Shown here piece by piece: positions 27,101-38,200 of a stretch of 58,918 bases of DNA; within the stretch, counting starts at the first letter, position 1, and every line of letters starts with the position of its first letter. Source of the DNA: a virus (Duplodnaviria > Caudoviricetes); the IMG/VR virus record IMGVR_UViG_3300046167_000387, positions 1-58,918 of that record; one strand, written 5' to 3'. The position numbers and the translations under genes were made by a program. Under the pieces are notes generated by a model, which had not been told where the DNA came from, did not search any database, and worked only from the letters and a program-made list of their open reading frames with translations.

Positions 27101-29637
27101 ATCCGGTAACAGCGTCTGACGGGATTATACCATATAGTGATTCAAGCAACAATAACTGGGCTACTTCTTATGTAGGTATTGAATTTATTGGAAGGGATTT
27201 AAGTAACAGTGATTTCACAACTAACAATCCGGCTATTTTTGAAACAGAACCCAAAGAAGCAACCGAGCTGGATATTTATCACGAAATAGCAGGAAACTAC
27301 CCTATGAGTGAACACGGTAACTTGCATACACTAGATTGGTTTAATTGTTATTCATTCGGTAACGGAGTAGAATCTGATAGGATTAGAGATGACTATAATG
27401 CACCTGTTGTAGGTAACGGTGTTAAAGCTTCTGCTACTTTAGATGAACCTTACGAGCAAGAAACAAGATCTAACGGTTTAATATTTTCACAAATATTTAA
27501 TTCAACATCAGGCGTGAATGGCTTAAATCAATTTATTCAAGCAGAAAATATAACAAAAGACGTTAATCCAGAATATGGTTCAATTCAAAAACTACACGCT
27601 AGAGACACTGATTTAATCACATTGTGTGAAAACAAGTCAATGAAGATTCTAGCTAATAAGGACGCTTTATTTAACGCTGATGGTAGCGCGAATGTAACCT
27701 CCAACAAAGCTGTTCTTGGTCAAACAGTAACATACCAAGGAGAATACGGCATCGGTACAAATCCAGAATCATTTGCTGAGTTCGGATTTAGAATGTATTT
27801 TGTAGATTCAAATAGAGGAACTGTTATAAGGTTATCTACTGATGGAATAACACCTATTTCAGAGTACGGCATGAGTGGCTTTTTTCAAGACAACTTACCT
27901 GTTAACAAGAAAATAATCGGATCTTGGGATGCGAATACAAGTAATTACAATGTAACTTTGAATACTCTTACTCCTTATTGGCAACAAACATTAGGAGCTG
28001 GTAAAACAGATAGACTTAATAAAGATTCTGAATGTGGAGCTTTTATTAATGAATATCCTACATATTCAACTACAATTTCTTTCAAGGATTCTTTAAATGG
28101 CTGGACGTCTAGGAAAGTGTATATACCTGAAAATGGGATTAGTCTAAATAATGTTTACTACACATTTAGTTCAGGTAAGATTTGGGAGATGAACTCGAAC
28201 ACATCGTATAATAACTTCTTCGGTATAGGTCCAGCGCATGTAAGTTTAGGTCCTTACTATGAAAGTTCTTTTACTGATATTTTTAACGAAAGCTCTGTGG
28301 CTATAAAGGATTTTAGAACTATTAATTACAACGGTACAGACTCTCGTAAATACATATACAAAACTACAGCAACAGGTGATAAGCACTTATCTTTGGCTCA
28401 ATTACAAGCGCAACAATTAATACCTACAGAGGTATCAACAACTGAAGGTTGGTATACTAATTCTATAGTGACAGACTTACAAGAAGGGGAGATTAAAGAG
28501 TTTGTAAATAAAGAAGGTAAATACTATAATTACATAAAAGGATTACCTACGTTTTTTGTGGATGATTGCGATAATAATGTAAACTCCAAAGAATTTAATG
28601 TCCAAGGTATCGGTAGAGCTTCTAGTATAACAGGTGCTGATGCTTCGGAATTTAATGTGAACGTAAGCACGCTTCAAAATTCAGAGTGCTATTTTATTAC
28701 AGATGATAATTTTTACCAGTTAGTAGGAGAGTCGCTCTCAGCAGATCCGATTAATGGCGGTAGTGTCCCAGTGTTTGGGTTGATGTCAACTTGGGACGTT
28801 AGCAGGGTTACGAACATGAGTAGTGCTTTTTATAATGCTTCTACTTTTAACGGAGATATTAGTGGTTGGGATACAAGTAATGTTGAAAGAATGGATGGTA
28901 TGTTTTATGGTGCATCATCTTTCAATCAAGATATTAGTAATTGGGATGTGAGTAGTGTGACTAATATGAGGTATATGTTTTATAAAGCAGATACTTTCAA
29001 TCAAGACATTGGTTCTTGGGATGTTAGTAATGTGATAGATATGGAATCTATGTTTTATTTTGCATCTACTTTTAACCGAGATATTGGTTCCTGGGATGTA
29101 GGTGCAGTCACTGATATGTATCTTATGTTTTCTCGAGCTGCTTCATTTAATCAAGACCTTAATTCTTGGGACACATCTTCTGTTACGAATATGTCTACTA
29201 TGTTTAATTATGCAACATCTTTCAATCAAGACCTAAATTCTTGGGATACATCTTCTGTTACGAATATGCAACAAATGTTTAATGGTGCTAGTGTATTTAA
29301 TGGTGATATAAGTTCTTGGGATGTGAGTAATGTTTGGAATATGTTTAGTATGTTTACTGGTGCAAGTGTATTCAATCAAAACCTAAATTCTTGGGATACA
29401 AGCAATGTTACAAATATGCATAAAATGTTTGAAGACGCAGAAGATTTCAACGGAGATATAAGTGACTGGAATACAAGTAGTGTTCTTGATATGGATGGTA
29501 TGTTTTTAGATGCATCCGACTTTAATCAAGATTTAACAGGTTGGTGTGTTACAAATATTACCTCAGAACCAACTGAATTTAGTTTAAATGCTCCTTTAAC
29601 TAGTGCTAACAAACCCGTTTGGGGTACTTGTCCATAG
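24130..29637 (+). CDS. tail stabilisation/muzzle protein with C-terminal DUF285 (BspA-like) repeats
   Basis: [23 protein letters not shown]-terminus, [11 protein letters not shown]; about 10 WDxSxVTNMxxMF repeats. Confidence 0.8.
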   Translation: MPELLHTFTSGKMNKDLDERLLPNGEYRDALNLEVASSDTSQVGTFQNLKGNTEKSYSSYNPTTNQYTVWDPAIYISALTNAVCIGSIAEPNSDMIYWFITSDEADIIASYNTVTKVTLPLIVDVKKIITRQDGSTYKNGVFNFNADHLITGVNIIEGILLWTDNQTEPKQIYISEWIGSTPDFFTHSQFYNRDFIESDTTVIKKFPLQPPTITAYSTSAVDDNGNPAVVTTATLYSFYVPDPSGVPGQAIPMTPDSGPQTLQWQGNNLPFYRPGQILLLVSASADSLDPASTIRVSIDSVIGSGGNQTGAVVTVLSVGLSDDGGLNTQTLYDVTLEQEKPFFEFRFARFGYRYKYKNNEVSAYSPFTNPAFIPGEFNYSPKEGYNLGMVNNIRQLEISNFIPTDVPDGVASVDILYKASNNSNVYVVDTFKETDSEWISNTFNISTEIISSVVQSNQLLRPYDNVPRFALGQEVIANRLIFANYTQNFNMLTSNLDPLQVNLNVSALSSPILSTVGGVDIGKGLDGKSVYPSVKSIRTYQIGVGYQDEYGRTTPVFTSKDASVVVEKSESAFTNSLTAQLVNTKPYYDQGKTFSTFKYYVKETSQEYYNLCLDRFYDAEDGNIWLSFPSAERNKIDEETFLILKKEHDSNEAVTEEARYKVIAIENEAPLFLKETRQSMGVMPTEFFAGGVPIEGTNEVWVEKTGTTPAGFDEIFGEDTRTESGLLLRVISASNQSDYYKISTFGLAGGNNEYVRIVSSKPFEEDMFFTTVNPDGSGGVVPGLSLELVRTETLNKAEFTGRFFVKVNEDASLRERVLAASSTASNNYVRKAFEPAYYLQGQYSTSNWWRNRWPYNDAVNGRSRMFIDNMRTTCSKDLKNLTGQGIKSNSMDISYAGGWGRGATTSGIYKSRPALVKQLSSVGTLFRFVDAGNGISDTDGTIYKITASHKQLGTCYRCSGGGRFNDELNQFVRFSIDFVQLDDGFSGLTWNPVTASDGIIPYSDSSNNNWATSYVGIEFIGRDLSNSDFTTNNPAIFETEPKEATELDIYHEIAGNYPMSEHGNLHTLDWFNCYSFGNGVESDRIRDDYNAPVVGNGVKASATLDEPYEQETRSNGLIFSQIFNSTSGVNGLNQFIQAENITKDVNPEYGSIQKLHARDTDLITLCENKSMKILANKDALFNADGSANVTSNKAVLGQTVTYQGEYGIGTNPESFAEFGFRMYFVDSNRGTVIRLSTDGITPISEYGMSGFFQDNLPVNKKIIGSWDANTSNYNVTLNTLTPYWQQTLGAGKTDRLNKDSECGAFINEYPTYSTTISFKDSLNGWTSRKVYIPENGISLNNVYYTFSSGKIWEMNSNTSYNNFFGIGPAHVSLGPYYESSFTDIFNESSVAIKDFRTINYNGTDSRKYIYKTTATGDKHLSLAQLQAQQLIPTEVSTTEGWYTNSIVTDLQEGEIKEFVNKEGKYYNYIKGLPTFFVDDCDNNVNSKEFNVQGIGRASSITGADASEFNVNVSTLQNSECYFITDDNFYQLVGESLSADPINGGSVPVFGLMSTWDVSRVTNMSSAFYNASTFNGDISGWDTSNVERMDGMFYGASSFNQDISNWDVSSVTNMRYMFYKADTFNQDIGSWDVSNVIDMESMFYFASTFNRDIGSWDVGAVTDMYLMFSRAASFNQDLNSWDTSSVTNMSTMFNYATSFNQDLNSWDTSSVTNMQQMFNGASVFNGDISSWDVSNVWNMFSMFTGASVFNQNLNSWDTSNVTNMHKMFEDAEDFNGDISDWNTSSVLDMDGMFLDASDFNQDLTGWCVTNITSEPTEFSLNAPLTSANKPVWGTCP
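28770..29560 (+). repeat. 75-bp (25-aa) DUF285-type coding repeats
   Basis: FNQD[IL]xxWD[VT]SxV.[ND]M..MF periodicity. Confidence 0.9.
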
Positions 29638-29664
29638 TGGGTTACACGTAATAATAAATAATAT

Positions 29665-31605
29665 ATGAGCACTCAATTTCAAAATTATTCTATTTCCGAA
29701 GTTAACTTCGTCGAGTCCGCGGGAAACGACTTAGGTAATTCAGGCAGTCATTTTCTACTTGTTATACCAGATACTGGATATACTGTAGGTGTTAATAATT
29801 TTACTGTTTCAAATGTTCCAACAGAAATTACTAACTATTCGTTAAATCAAGATGGCTTAAATTTAAGATTCAATTTTGATTTTACCAATGGGACCATAAT
29901 GCCTAGTAATGATATTGATTTTTCATTATGTATACAAGGATTTGCGGTTGAAGAGCAGTTTACAGTTCAAGGAAGCGTTGACATTACAACAACTAACTCT
30001 GTTCCATTACCTCAAATTATTACTTATTCGGAATCAGGTTCTTTTGGTTCATCTAAAACTGTATTTACGCAAACAATAACAGCGGACGCTGGATATTACT
30101 TTCCAACAGTACCTACTGCTTCTTTGGTTATTGGTTCATTAAGTAACTATTCAATTTCACAATCTATAGGTGTTGACCTTAACGGTAATATAACAGCGAT
30201 CACTTTTACTGTGGATTATGAGTTTCCAAATTACTCTGTAACAGGCGACAGTATAGTAATTACAGCAGATGCTGAAGAGCTATATAATCCAACTATAGAG
30301 ATACAATCTTATTCTATAAGTTCTTCTTACTTACTTATATCCGGAGAAACTAGGCCTATTACAATATATGGAATAACCGGAGCGGCTTGGCAATTGGAAG
30401 TTATAGAAAGTGTTGGAGGGATAACAATTGGTCAATTTTCAGGGACAATAGATAGTACTGGATCAGCCACAGAAGATATAATTTTCCCAGCATCATTAGT
30501 TGATGTAGAGTATATACTTATATTAACCGGAGATTTAGCGAGTACTTTTTGTCCAGGTTCTCCTTGTTTAACAGGTCAGCCATCTGTATGGTCATTATAT
30601 CAATACGCACAACAACAGGTTAGTTTTGCCTTAACTACTACCAGCCAGAATATAACAGTGAGTGCTTCAGACGATAAGTTCTTTAGCCCTGACTCTTCTC
30701 CGGGTTTTAGATCTTACAGCGTGTCGGCTTCTAAGTCAGCTAGTAGTTCTGATTTTATATTTGACACAACTCCTGTTGCTAGTAATTGGAGTAATCAAGG
30801 GTTAGGTATTCCTCAGACTGATCAAGTAGTGCAAAGTCCATTATCTATAACAGTAGATAACTCGTCAGATCCTAAGACTTTAGTAATAGATTTAGAAACA
30901 AATATTTATCAGGTAGGGACTCAATCTTTATTAAGTGAACTTAATCTTGATGACTTTTTACTGTCATACACCGAATTAACATTGTGTTATGCTTTAACGG
31001 AAGCAGATCTATGCTGCGGCACTTCAGAGTCTCGTACAGTATTTGTGTCAGGAGATGTAGCTAATTTAGCCAGTGTAACAGGGGATTTATATACGGATGC
31101 TACGCTTCAAACTAAAGCTGCCGATGGATATTACAGTGACGATGCCGGTATATCATGTACCTCCTCGTCTTTAACTGCTTTCAATACATCGGTAGGAAAC
31201 ACTACAGATAATTGTTCATTACCTCAAGTGACACCCTTATATTTTCAAGTAGTACCTCCGGCAACAAATCAATCTCCGTTAATTGGCGACGCTGTTTTTT
31301 CTGACCAAAACGGAACGATTCTAAACAATACAACAACTACTATGTACTACATAGCTTCGGCAACTGCTTACGGGGTTAATCAAGGCGTGGTTGTTTCTAT
31401 AGCACCTTGTACAATACCTCCTCCAGGTAGATCATATTTGCTTCAAAATGGAGGGCAATCTGATGCGTACTATAGCTACACTAATACTTCAGGCGGATTA
31501 GTTTCTGGTTTGTTAGGTGGGTTTGAGAGTGTTGATATTTGTGCGCAAACTGACACGGTATCGGCAGATACGAATATAAGTGTAAATCGGGGACCAGCTT
31601 GCTAA
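29665..31605 (+). CDS. beta-rich tail-associated structural protein
   Basis: S/T-rich, Ig-like strands, Cys pairs. Confidence 0.7.
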   Translation: MSTQFQNYSISEVNFVESAGNDLGNSGSHFLLVIPDTGYTVGVNNFTVSNVPTEITNYSLNQDGLNLRFNFDFTNGTIMPSNDIDFSLCIQGFAVEEQFTVQGSVDITTTNSVPLPQIITYSESGSFGSSKTVFTQTITADAGYYFPTVPTASLVIGSLSNYSISQSIGVDLNGNITAITFTVDYEFPNYSVTGDSIVITADAEELYNPTIEIQSYSISSSYLLISGETRPITIYGITGAAWQLEVIESVGGITIGQFSGTIDSTGSATEDIIFPASLVDVEYILILTGDLASTFCPGSPCLTGQPSVWSLYQYAQQQVSFALTTTSQNITVSASDDKFFSPDSSPGFRSYSVSASKSASSSDFIFDTTPVASNWSNQGLGIPQTDQVVQSPLSITVDNSSDPKTLVIDLETNIYQVGTQSLLSELNLDDFLLSYTELTLCYALTEADLCCGTSESRTVFVSGDVANLASVTGDLYTDATLQTKAADGYYSDDAGISCTSSSLTAFNTSVGNTTDNCSLPQVTPLYFQVVPPATNQSPLIGDAVFSDQNGTILNNTTTTMYYIASATAYGVNQGVVVSIAPCTIPPPGRSYLLQNGGQSDAYYSYTNTSGGLVSGLLGGFESVDICAQTDTVSADTNISVNRGPAC

Positions 31606-31626
31606 TTAATAAATAAATAAATAATC

Positions 31627-32748
31627 ATGCCAAATTATAGACAACAATCATCGGGAAGCTTATTAGCTGTAAATACCTGCGCCGCATGTATTGTCGCTCC
31701 TACTATTACAACTAAAGGTATTTCAAACGAAACCGGAACAGGAGCAGACAGTGGAGGTGAAAATATTACAAATGGAGGCGGTACAATATCTTCTAAAGGA
31801 ATTCAATGGTCTGAGTTTTCGGATTTTAATACTATATTAGGCGCCAACAACGAAGGTACCGGCACAGCAAGCTTTAGTTCAATTATAACTGGCCTTGCCT
31901 CTGGCAACACTTATTATGTTAGAGCTTATGCCCAAAATGAAGTTGGTATAGCTTACGGTCAAGTAGAAAGCTTCCAATCTTCAGCAGCGCCAACTATATC
32001 TACTGTTGCTGTTTCAGGAATATCGTGGGATGTGGCAACAAGCGGAGGTGAAAATATTTCTGATAATGGAAGTTCTATTGTAAGTAAAGGGGTGCAATGG
32101 TCTACCTCGTCTAGTTTCGCGACAATAGAGGGCAGCACAAATGACGGTTCCGGTACAGTGAATTTTGTTTCAAATCTTACGGGATTAACAGAAACCACTA
32201 CTTATTACGTTAGAGCTTATGCTACAAACGGAGTTGGAACTGGATATGGTCAAACAAAAACTTTCCAAACTGTTGCATTGCCCATAACGGGATTAAGCTG
32301 GGCTACAACGGTTAATAATCCTTGTAGTTCTACCCCTTGGGAAATAACCAATAATAACTCAAAAATAAAATATCATATTGAAAATTCTTTTAATTGCGGA
32401 GGTAGCTGCAGCGATACTCAAAGCGGAACAGCAACTGCTACTATAACAGTGGGGGCGTCGGATGTTGATATGGATCTAGACTTTCAGGGTATAGGTGAAC
32501 TCCAGGCTCCTGATTATGAAAAAATAGAATTTAAGTTAGATGGCGTCCAGGTAGCAAGAGCCCAGGCGGCTGGGGGTAATCAGGGTTGCGCCATGGGGCC
32601 TGTTGTTAAAACATTTGTAACACCACCTCCCTACAGATTAAATGCAAATACGTCGTATACATTTTTTATTGATTTTACAACAAATGATAGTGCATACCAC
32701 AACGGCGCTTATTATGAAGTGGATCTTTCATTTACTAATGTCTCATAA
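31627..32748 (+). CDS. fibronectin type III repeat virion protein
   Basis: Two L..xTYYVRAYA.N.VG..YG repeats. Confidence 0.8.
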   Translation: MPNYRQQSSGSLLAVNTCAACIVAPTITTKGISNETGTGADSGGENITNGGGTISSKGIQWSEFSDFNTILGANNEGTGTASFSSIITGLASGNTYYVRAYAQNEVGIAYGQVESFQSSAAPTISTVAVSGISWDVATSGGENISDNGSSIVSKGVQWSTSSSFATIEGSTNDGSGTVNFVSNLTGLTETTTYYVRAYATNGVGTGYGQTKTFQTVALPITGLSWATTVNNPCSSTPWEITNNNSKIKYHIENSFNCGGSCSDTQSGTATATITVGASDVDMDLDFQGIGELQAPDYEKIEFKLDGVQVARAQAAGGNQGCAMGPVVKTFVTPPPYRLNANTSYTFFIDFTTNDSAYHNGAYYEVDLSFTNVS

Positions 32749-32759
32749 TAAAATAAAAT

Positions 32760-33092
32760 ATGGATCAAATAACTTTAACATTTCCAAACCCTCTTAACGT
32801 TTCTGTTCAAGTAGGAGACACTTCTTATTACAGTAATGATGTCAACGGTACTGATATACAAGTTATGGGGCTAATTACAGAGGTTGACAGAGCTTTAAAT
32901 TCTGTAACTACAGAAATAGATCCAAATACACCAAGACCTACTCTAACTAGCTTTATACTGTTTAGTAAAACAGCTAGTGTGAATACTAGTGGCTTAAAAG
33001 GTTACTATGCTGAGATACAATTTAAAAACAATTCTACTGATTACGCTGAATTATTCTCTGTAGGGTCTGATATTGTTGTAAGCAGTAAATAA
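32760..33092 (+). CDS. small tail-associated protein
   Basis: NVSVQVGD, SGLKGYYAE, ELFSVGS. Confidence 0.7.
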   Translation: MDQITLTFPNPLNVSVQVGDTSYYSNDVNGTDIQVMGLITEVDRALNSVTTEIDPNTPRPTLTSFILFSKTASVNTSGLKGYYAEIQFKNNSTDYAELFSVGSDIVVSSK

Positions 33093-33124
33093 CACGTAAT
33101 AATAAACTATAAAAACTTAATAAA

Positions 33125-33760
33125 ATGGTAGGAAAAGTAATTGGCGGACTAACCGGTATAGCTAGCGGAATTATTGGGAGCGGAAAAAGAAAAAGGGAAC
33201 AAAGAGAGGCTAAAGCAGAATACGATAGAAATAAAGCTAGGCTTGAAGGATTAGATACTTCTAATGTTTACGCTAATATGGAAAACACAATGGAAGACCT
33301 GACTGTTAACCAAGAACAAGCTAGATTTCAAGCAGAGCAAGCGAATCAAGGTTTAGCTAACGTAATGAGCGGAATGCAAGGAGCAGCTGGTGGATCTGGT
33401 ATTGCAGCAATGGCTCAAGCATTAGCGGGCCAACAGCAGCAGCAAACAAGACAAGCTTCTTTAGATATAGGTAGGCAAGAACAAGCTAACCAAATGGCTG
33501 AAAGACAGCAAGCGGGAAAATTACAGCTATATGAGGCAAAGGGTGAATTAATATCTAGAGACGCCGAGAAAGATAAAGTGGAGACCATGTTTGGTATGTC
33601 TCAGCAAAGATTAAGCGCAGCTAACGCGGCTAGGCAAGAAGCTACCAGCGCTATAGTAGGTGGTGTTGGTGGAATTGTTGGGGGTGCAATTGGAGGCGGG
33701 GCTCTTGGGGAGGGGTTTAAAACTTTTACAGATGGAATGAAAAAAAACGCTGTAGTTTAA
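33125..33760 (+). CDS. putative DNA ejection/pilot protein
   Basis: Gly-rich amphipathic ends, Q/A-rich coiled coil. Confidence 0.65.
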   Translation: MVGKVIGGLTGIASGIIGSGKRKREQREAKAEYDRNKARLEGLDTSNVYANMENTMEDLTVNQEQARFQAEQANQGLANVMSGMQGAAGGSGIAAMAQALAGQQQQQTRQASLDIGRQEQANQMAERQQAGKLQLYEAKGELISRDAEKDKVETMFGMSQQRLSAANAARQEATSAIVGGVGGIVGGAIGGGALGEGFKTFTDGMKKNAVV

Positions 33761-33778
33761 TAAAAACATAGTAATAAC

Positions 33779-35206
33779 ATGAATAGAGGATTAGTAGCAG
33801 GAGAAGCTAAGCTTGGTCAAAGCAATCAACAAAACTGGGCGCAAAGCTTTCAAGAAGGTCTAAGTTCGGGTTTACAAGCTGGAGCTATTATTAAAGCAAG
33901 GAATATAGCGGAAAAAAAAGCTATTAACAACAAAGTAGGTAACTATATAAATAGTTTAAACTCTGATATTGATTTAACTGAGTTAACATCATCTCAGCAA
34001 GATGTAGTTTCAAATTATTTAGTTGATAATAGAAATAAATATGCAAATTATGCTTCAGAAATAGCTAGAATAGAAGATCCGTCAGACCCTAGATACCTTG
34101 ATCTTGTAGGTAAAATGAATGGGGTTAAGAGGTCTTTTGGGAATTTAGCATCACAAATTAAAAATTTTAAACAAGATAAAATATCGTATTTAAAAGACTT
34201 TGATGATAGGCGAATATCTGAAGGTAATAATATTGGATCTTTAAACGAAGCTGCCAACTTATATACTGATAAAGGAGAAATGGGAATTGGTCCAGGTGGA
34301 CAAGTGGTTTTTTGGAACGAAAACAATAGGGAATATGAAAATTACAGTACCATACAAAAACCTTTTCTAAAAGACTTTAAATCAGCTGATAATTTATTAA
34401 AATTAAACGAATCCGTATATGCAGCAGGGCAATCTTTAAGTGGTGCTCGAAGAAATATGCTCCGTAATAAACTAAAAAACATGATAAACTCCGGGGGTAG
34501 AGACACTTTACTTTCCTTAGCTTCTGATGATTTTCTTATTGAAGGCGGATTAAACTTACAAGATCCATCTATTTTTGAACCAGGCAATGAAGATTTACTT
34601 TCAGCAAAAGTATTAGATAGTTATATGGATGCTTTGTCTGATACAGCTGCTCAAGGAGCTGCGGATAAAAGGCCAGCTACAAAAGGAGGATCTAGTGGTT
34701 TTACAGGTGCTTTAAACGACGAAATAAGATTAGCTGAACCTGTTGTTGCTAGAGATGCTGTTAATTTTGCTTCTATAGCAAATATTAAAGCAACTAGCGA
34801 ACAAACAGAGCAAAAAACACAAGCTATAGTGCAAGCTATAAATAACATAGACCCTACATCTAACGAGAGACCTTATATATCTAGAGGTCAAATGTTTGAT
34901 TACTTTACAGAAGCAGGGGATTATGATAGCAGAGAAGAAGCTGTTGCTCAATTTAAGAAAAAGTACGGTAATACTCAAATATTTAAGTTTAATCCAACAT
35001 ACACAGGTGAATCTAGACCGTTATCTGTAAACGTAAATAACCCTAGAGAACTATATGATCTTTATATACAAAGCTCAGACCTATCTAGCAAAGCAGCTAA
35101 TTACTTTAGAGGGCAATACGATAACTACACCAAATCTTCAGAATCAAGCAAATCTAAAAATAACAAAAACTCTTCTACCGGAGGGGGTTCATTAGACAAT
35201 CTTTAA
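33779..35206 (+). CDS. putative internal/ejection protein
   Basis: Position between pilot and giant protein. Confidence 0.6.
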   Translation: MNRGLVAGEAKLGQSNQQNWAQSFQEGLSSGLQAGAIIKARNIAEKKAINNKVGNYINSLNSDIDLTELTSSQQDVVSNYLVDNRNKYANYASEIARIEDPSDPRYLDLVGKMNGVKRSFGNLASQIKNFKQDKISYLKDFDDRRISEGNNIGSLNEAANLYTDKGEMGIGPGGQVVFWNENNREYENYSTIQKPFLKDFKSADNLLKLNESVYAAGQSLSGARRNMLRNKLKNMINSGGRDTLLSLASDDFLIEGGLNLQDPSIFEPGNEDLLSAKVLDSYMDALSDTAAQGAADKRPATKGGSSGFTGALNDEIRLAEPVVARDAVNFASIANIKATSEQTEQKTQAIVQAINNIDPTSNERPYISRGQMFDYFTEAGDYDSREEAVAQFKKKYGNTQIFKFNPTYTGESRPLSVNVNNPRELYDLYIQSSDLSSKAANYFRGQYDNYTKSSESSKSKNNKNSSTGGGSLDNL

Positions 35207-35210
35207 TTAA

Positions 35211-38200
35211 ATGGAAAAATTATTCAAAGTACTTTCTGAACAAGGTAAATATACTAAATCTTTAGAAGATTTTCAAACACAGTTTGGATCTATAGAAGGA
35301 CAGAAAAAACTATACGGAGCGTTAGAAGGCGCAGGTGATTATACTAAATCTTTCGAAGACTTTAGTAACCAATTCTTTAGCAGCGATGTAGCAAAGATAA
35401 ACGACTCTGCGAGTGCGGATCCAACTGTGGAGTCAAGCGTTATGGGGTTCAAATCGGAAAATGGTTCTTCGGAATTACCAAATGAAAAGAACACTTGGTT
35501 AGAAAACTTTTTTGGAGAAGAAGAAGACGCTGAAGACAAACTTTTTGGCGCTGTAGATTTTGTTAGTGATCTATGGAGATCAGGTAAAGGTGGATGGGCT
35601 GTTGGTGCAAGTGTAGATGAATCTTTTGATCTATTTAAATCAGAGGGAGGTTTGTCTGAAGAAGATGCTGCTGCTTTGGTTGAAGCAGGAAGAAACGTTG
35701 AAAGCTACGGTTCCACTAACGAACAAATTGCAGCTTCCAATAAAATGAAAAAACTACAGGAAGAAGGTTATTCTGGAGTTGGAGCTTTTATTACCGCGTA
35801 TTGGGATAATCCTAGCGCTTTAGCTAGTACTATGACTAGTTCCTTAGCTATGATGGCTTCCAGTTTTTTCGATAGCGAAGAGGTTAGATATAGTGCTGCT
35901 GCAGGTTCAGGCGTAGGAGCCGCCACAGGAGCGGCTGGAGGAGCTGCTACAGGAGCAGTGTTTGGTGGAATAGGAGCTGTTCCGGGGGCTATAATAGGAG
36001 CAAAACTAGGTGCAGTCAGTGGAGCTATGAGTGGAATTACAGCGGCTATGGAAACGGGGCTTACCACAGCTCAGCTACTGGAAGAGCAAGCTATATCTAC
36101 AGGTTTAGATTGGGGGGTAATGACTGACAAACAAAGAATTAATTTTGTTATGAGTCTTACAAAGGATAAAGAACAATTTGACGACTTAAAAAATAAAGCT
36201 TTAGCTAGAGGTTTAACTATCGGAGGAGTTGATTTTGTGGTTAGCATGGCTACCTTTGGTGTAGGTAAACTTGTTTCAGGTAGAATAGCAGGAACAGCTG
36301 TAAGTGCTCTTACAAAGCCGATAACAGGTTTAGCTAGAGGGACAACAGAATCTGTTGGAGCGGGTGTAGGGGAGTATTTAGGGCAAAAAGCTGCTGGTCA
36401 AGAATTTAATTTTGAAGAAATTGCTTTAGAAGCTCTTGCGGATAAGCAAGCTACTGTTATTTCTGCTGTCAAAAACATAAGAAAAGGTAATCCATCATAC
36501 AAGCTTAACGGTGAGAAAATGAATGGTAAGAGATTTTCAGAGCAACTGAAGATCATGGATGACGTAGCTATAGTAGAAGCTAGAATAGAGGTAGAAAACT
36601 CTCCTGGTGTGCAAAAATTAGTAGATAATAGAAGGCAAAACATTTCGGCTGATCAAAAAGTTGACAGTTCGATAAACGGAGTAGAAGACAGAGCTGAGGC
36701 TATCAGATTAACAAAAGAAAAAAACAAACTTCAAAAAAACAAAGAAGGAAATAAATCTAAATTAGAGAAAGTCGATGCTGCACTTAATACTATAATAGAA
36801 AAGTACGCAGACTCCGACGCGGATGTTACCATACAAGAAAGACAAGAAGCTGTAGCAGCAGCTGTTGAAACTAAATTTGAAACAGAATTTAATAAAAACT
36901 ACAAAGCTCTTAAAGACAAGCAAAAAGAAACTGGCATTGAACCTATTATATTTGAAGATGACAATTTATTCGCTGAAACAGCAGCTAAGGATCTTAACGT
37001 TACCAAAGAGTATATACTTAAAGAAGCACCTGAGGGTGTTTTTGTAGGTGGAGGAAAAGTATATATAAATAAAAATCAAGCTAAAAGAAGTATTAATATA
37101 GCTACTGGAAATAATGGGGCAATATCAGTAACGAGTCACGAGGTTCTTCATCCAATATTTAATGCTTTAATAGGTGGAGCAAAATCGCAAGGTCAATTTG
37201 TTAAACAGTTTAAAAAACAAATGACTAGCAAACAAAAAGCTTATGTTAATAAAAGACTAAAGTCAAGCTATAAGAATAATCCTAGCGCAGAAGCTATAGA
37301 GCTTATGAATATTTTTTCTGATGGTATAATTAAAAATGATATTAGTTATGATCGAACTACATTTGAAAAATTAGGTGATTCTATAACTAGTCTTTTTAGG
37401 TCAGCTATTGGTTTAAAAACAAATGAAATTTCTTTTGAAGACGGTAGAGGCGTTTTTAACTTTCTAAAAGAATACAACACTAGTGTAAAAGCTGGTAAAT
37501 TAAGCGACAAGGCTATATCTGCTATTAAAGAAGCAGAAACAAAAAAGAAAACTACCGTAGCTAAAGCTAAGCTGCTAGGGCAAACACAATTTTCTATTTC
37601 CGTAGAACAAGCAGAAGCTAATCTACAAGCAGCAGAAGACGCTGATCCAAACGACCCTAGCTATCTTGATAACTTAGAAAAAGCGGAGATTGCATTAGAA
37701 GAAGCGGAAGAAGCGGCTAAAGCGCCAAAACCGGTTACTGAACCTGTTGTTAAAAAAGAAGTTAAGCCTAAAGCAAAAGTTGCAAGACCTGAAAAACCAA
37801 CAAGAACCACAGACTTAGGCCCTAGAGATCCTATATCTAAAAAAATAATGTCTACTTACAACGAAGACATGGAAGGCGTTGATAGACCTGAGTATAAAGC
37901 TAATAAACCTCTACCGTCTTCTTTAGAAAGAAAATTAATACCTTTATTTGAAGGTTATATTAATACTATTGTACAACAAAAATTTAAACAAGCAAGCCCT
38001 GAAGCTTTAGAATTTCAAGACGCTTTGTCTATATTAAGAGCTGAGGTAAGTAATGCTATACGTACATTTAATCCTGCTAAAAACAAAGACTTAGCTGGTT
38101 ACGTAAAGAAAATAGTTCAGACTAGGCAATCATTAATGTTTAAGGATGCTAGCAAAGAATTCACGTCGGATATAGAAGGAGATGCTGCTAAGGGTGTTGT

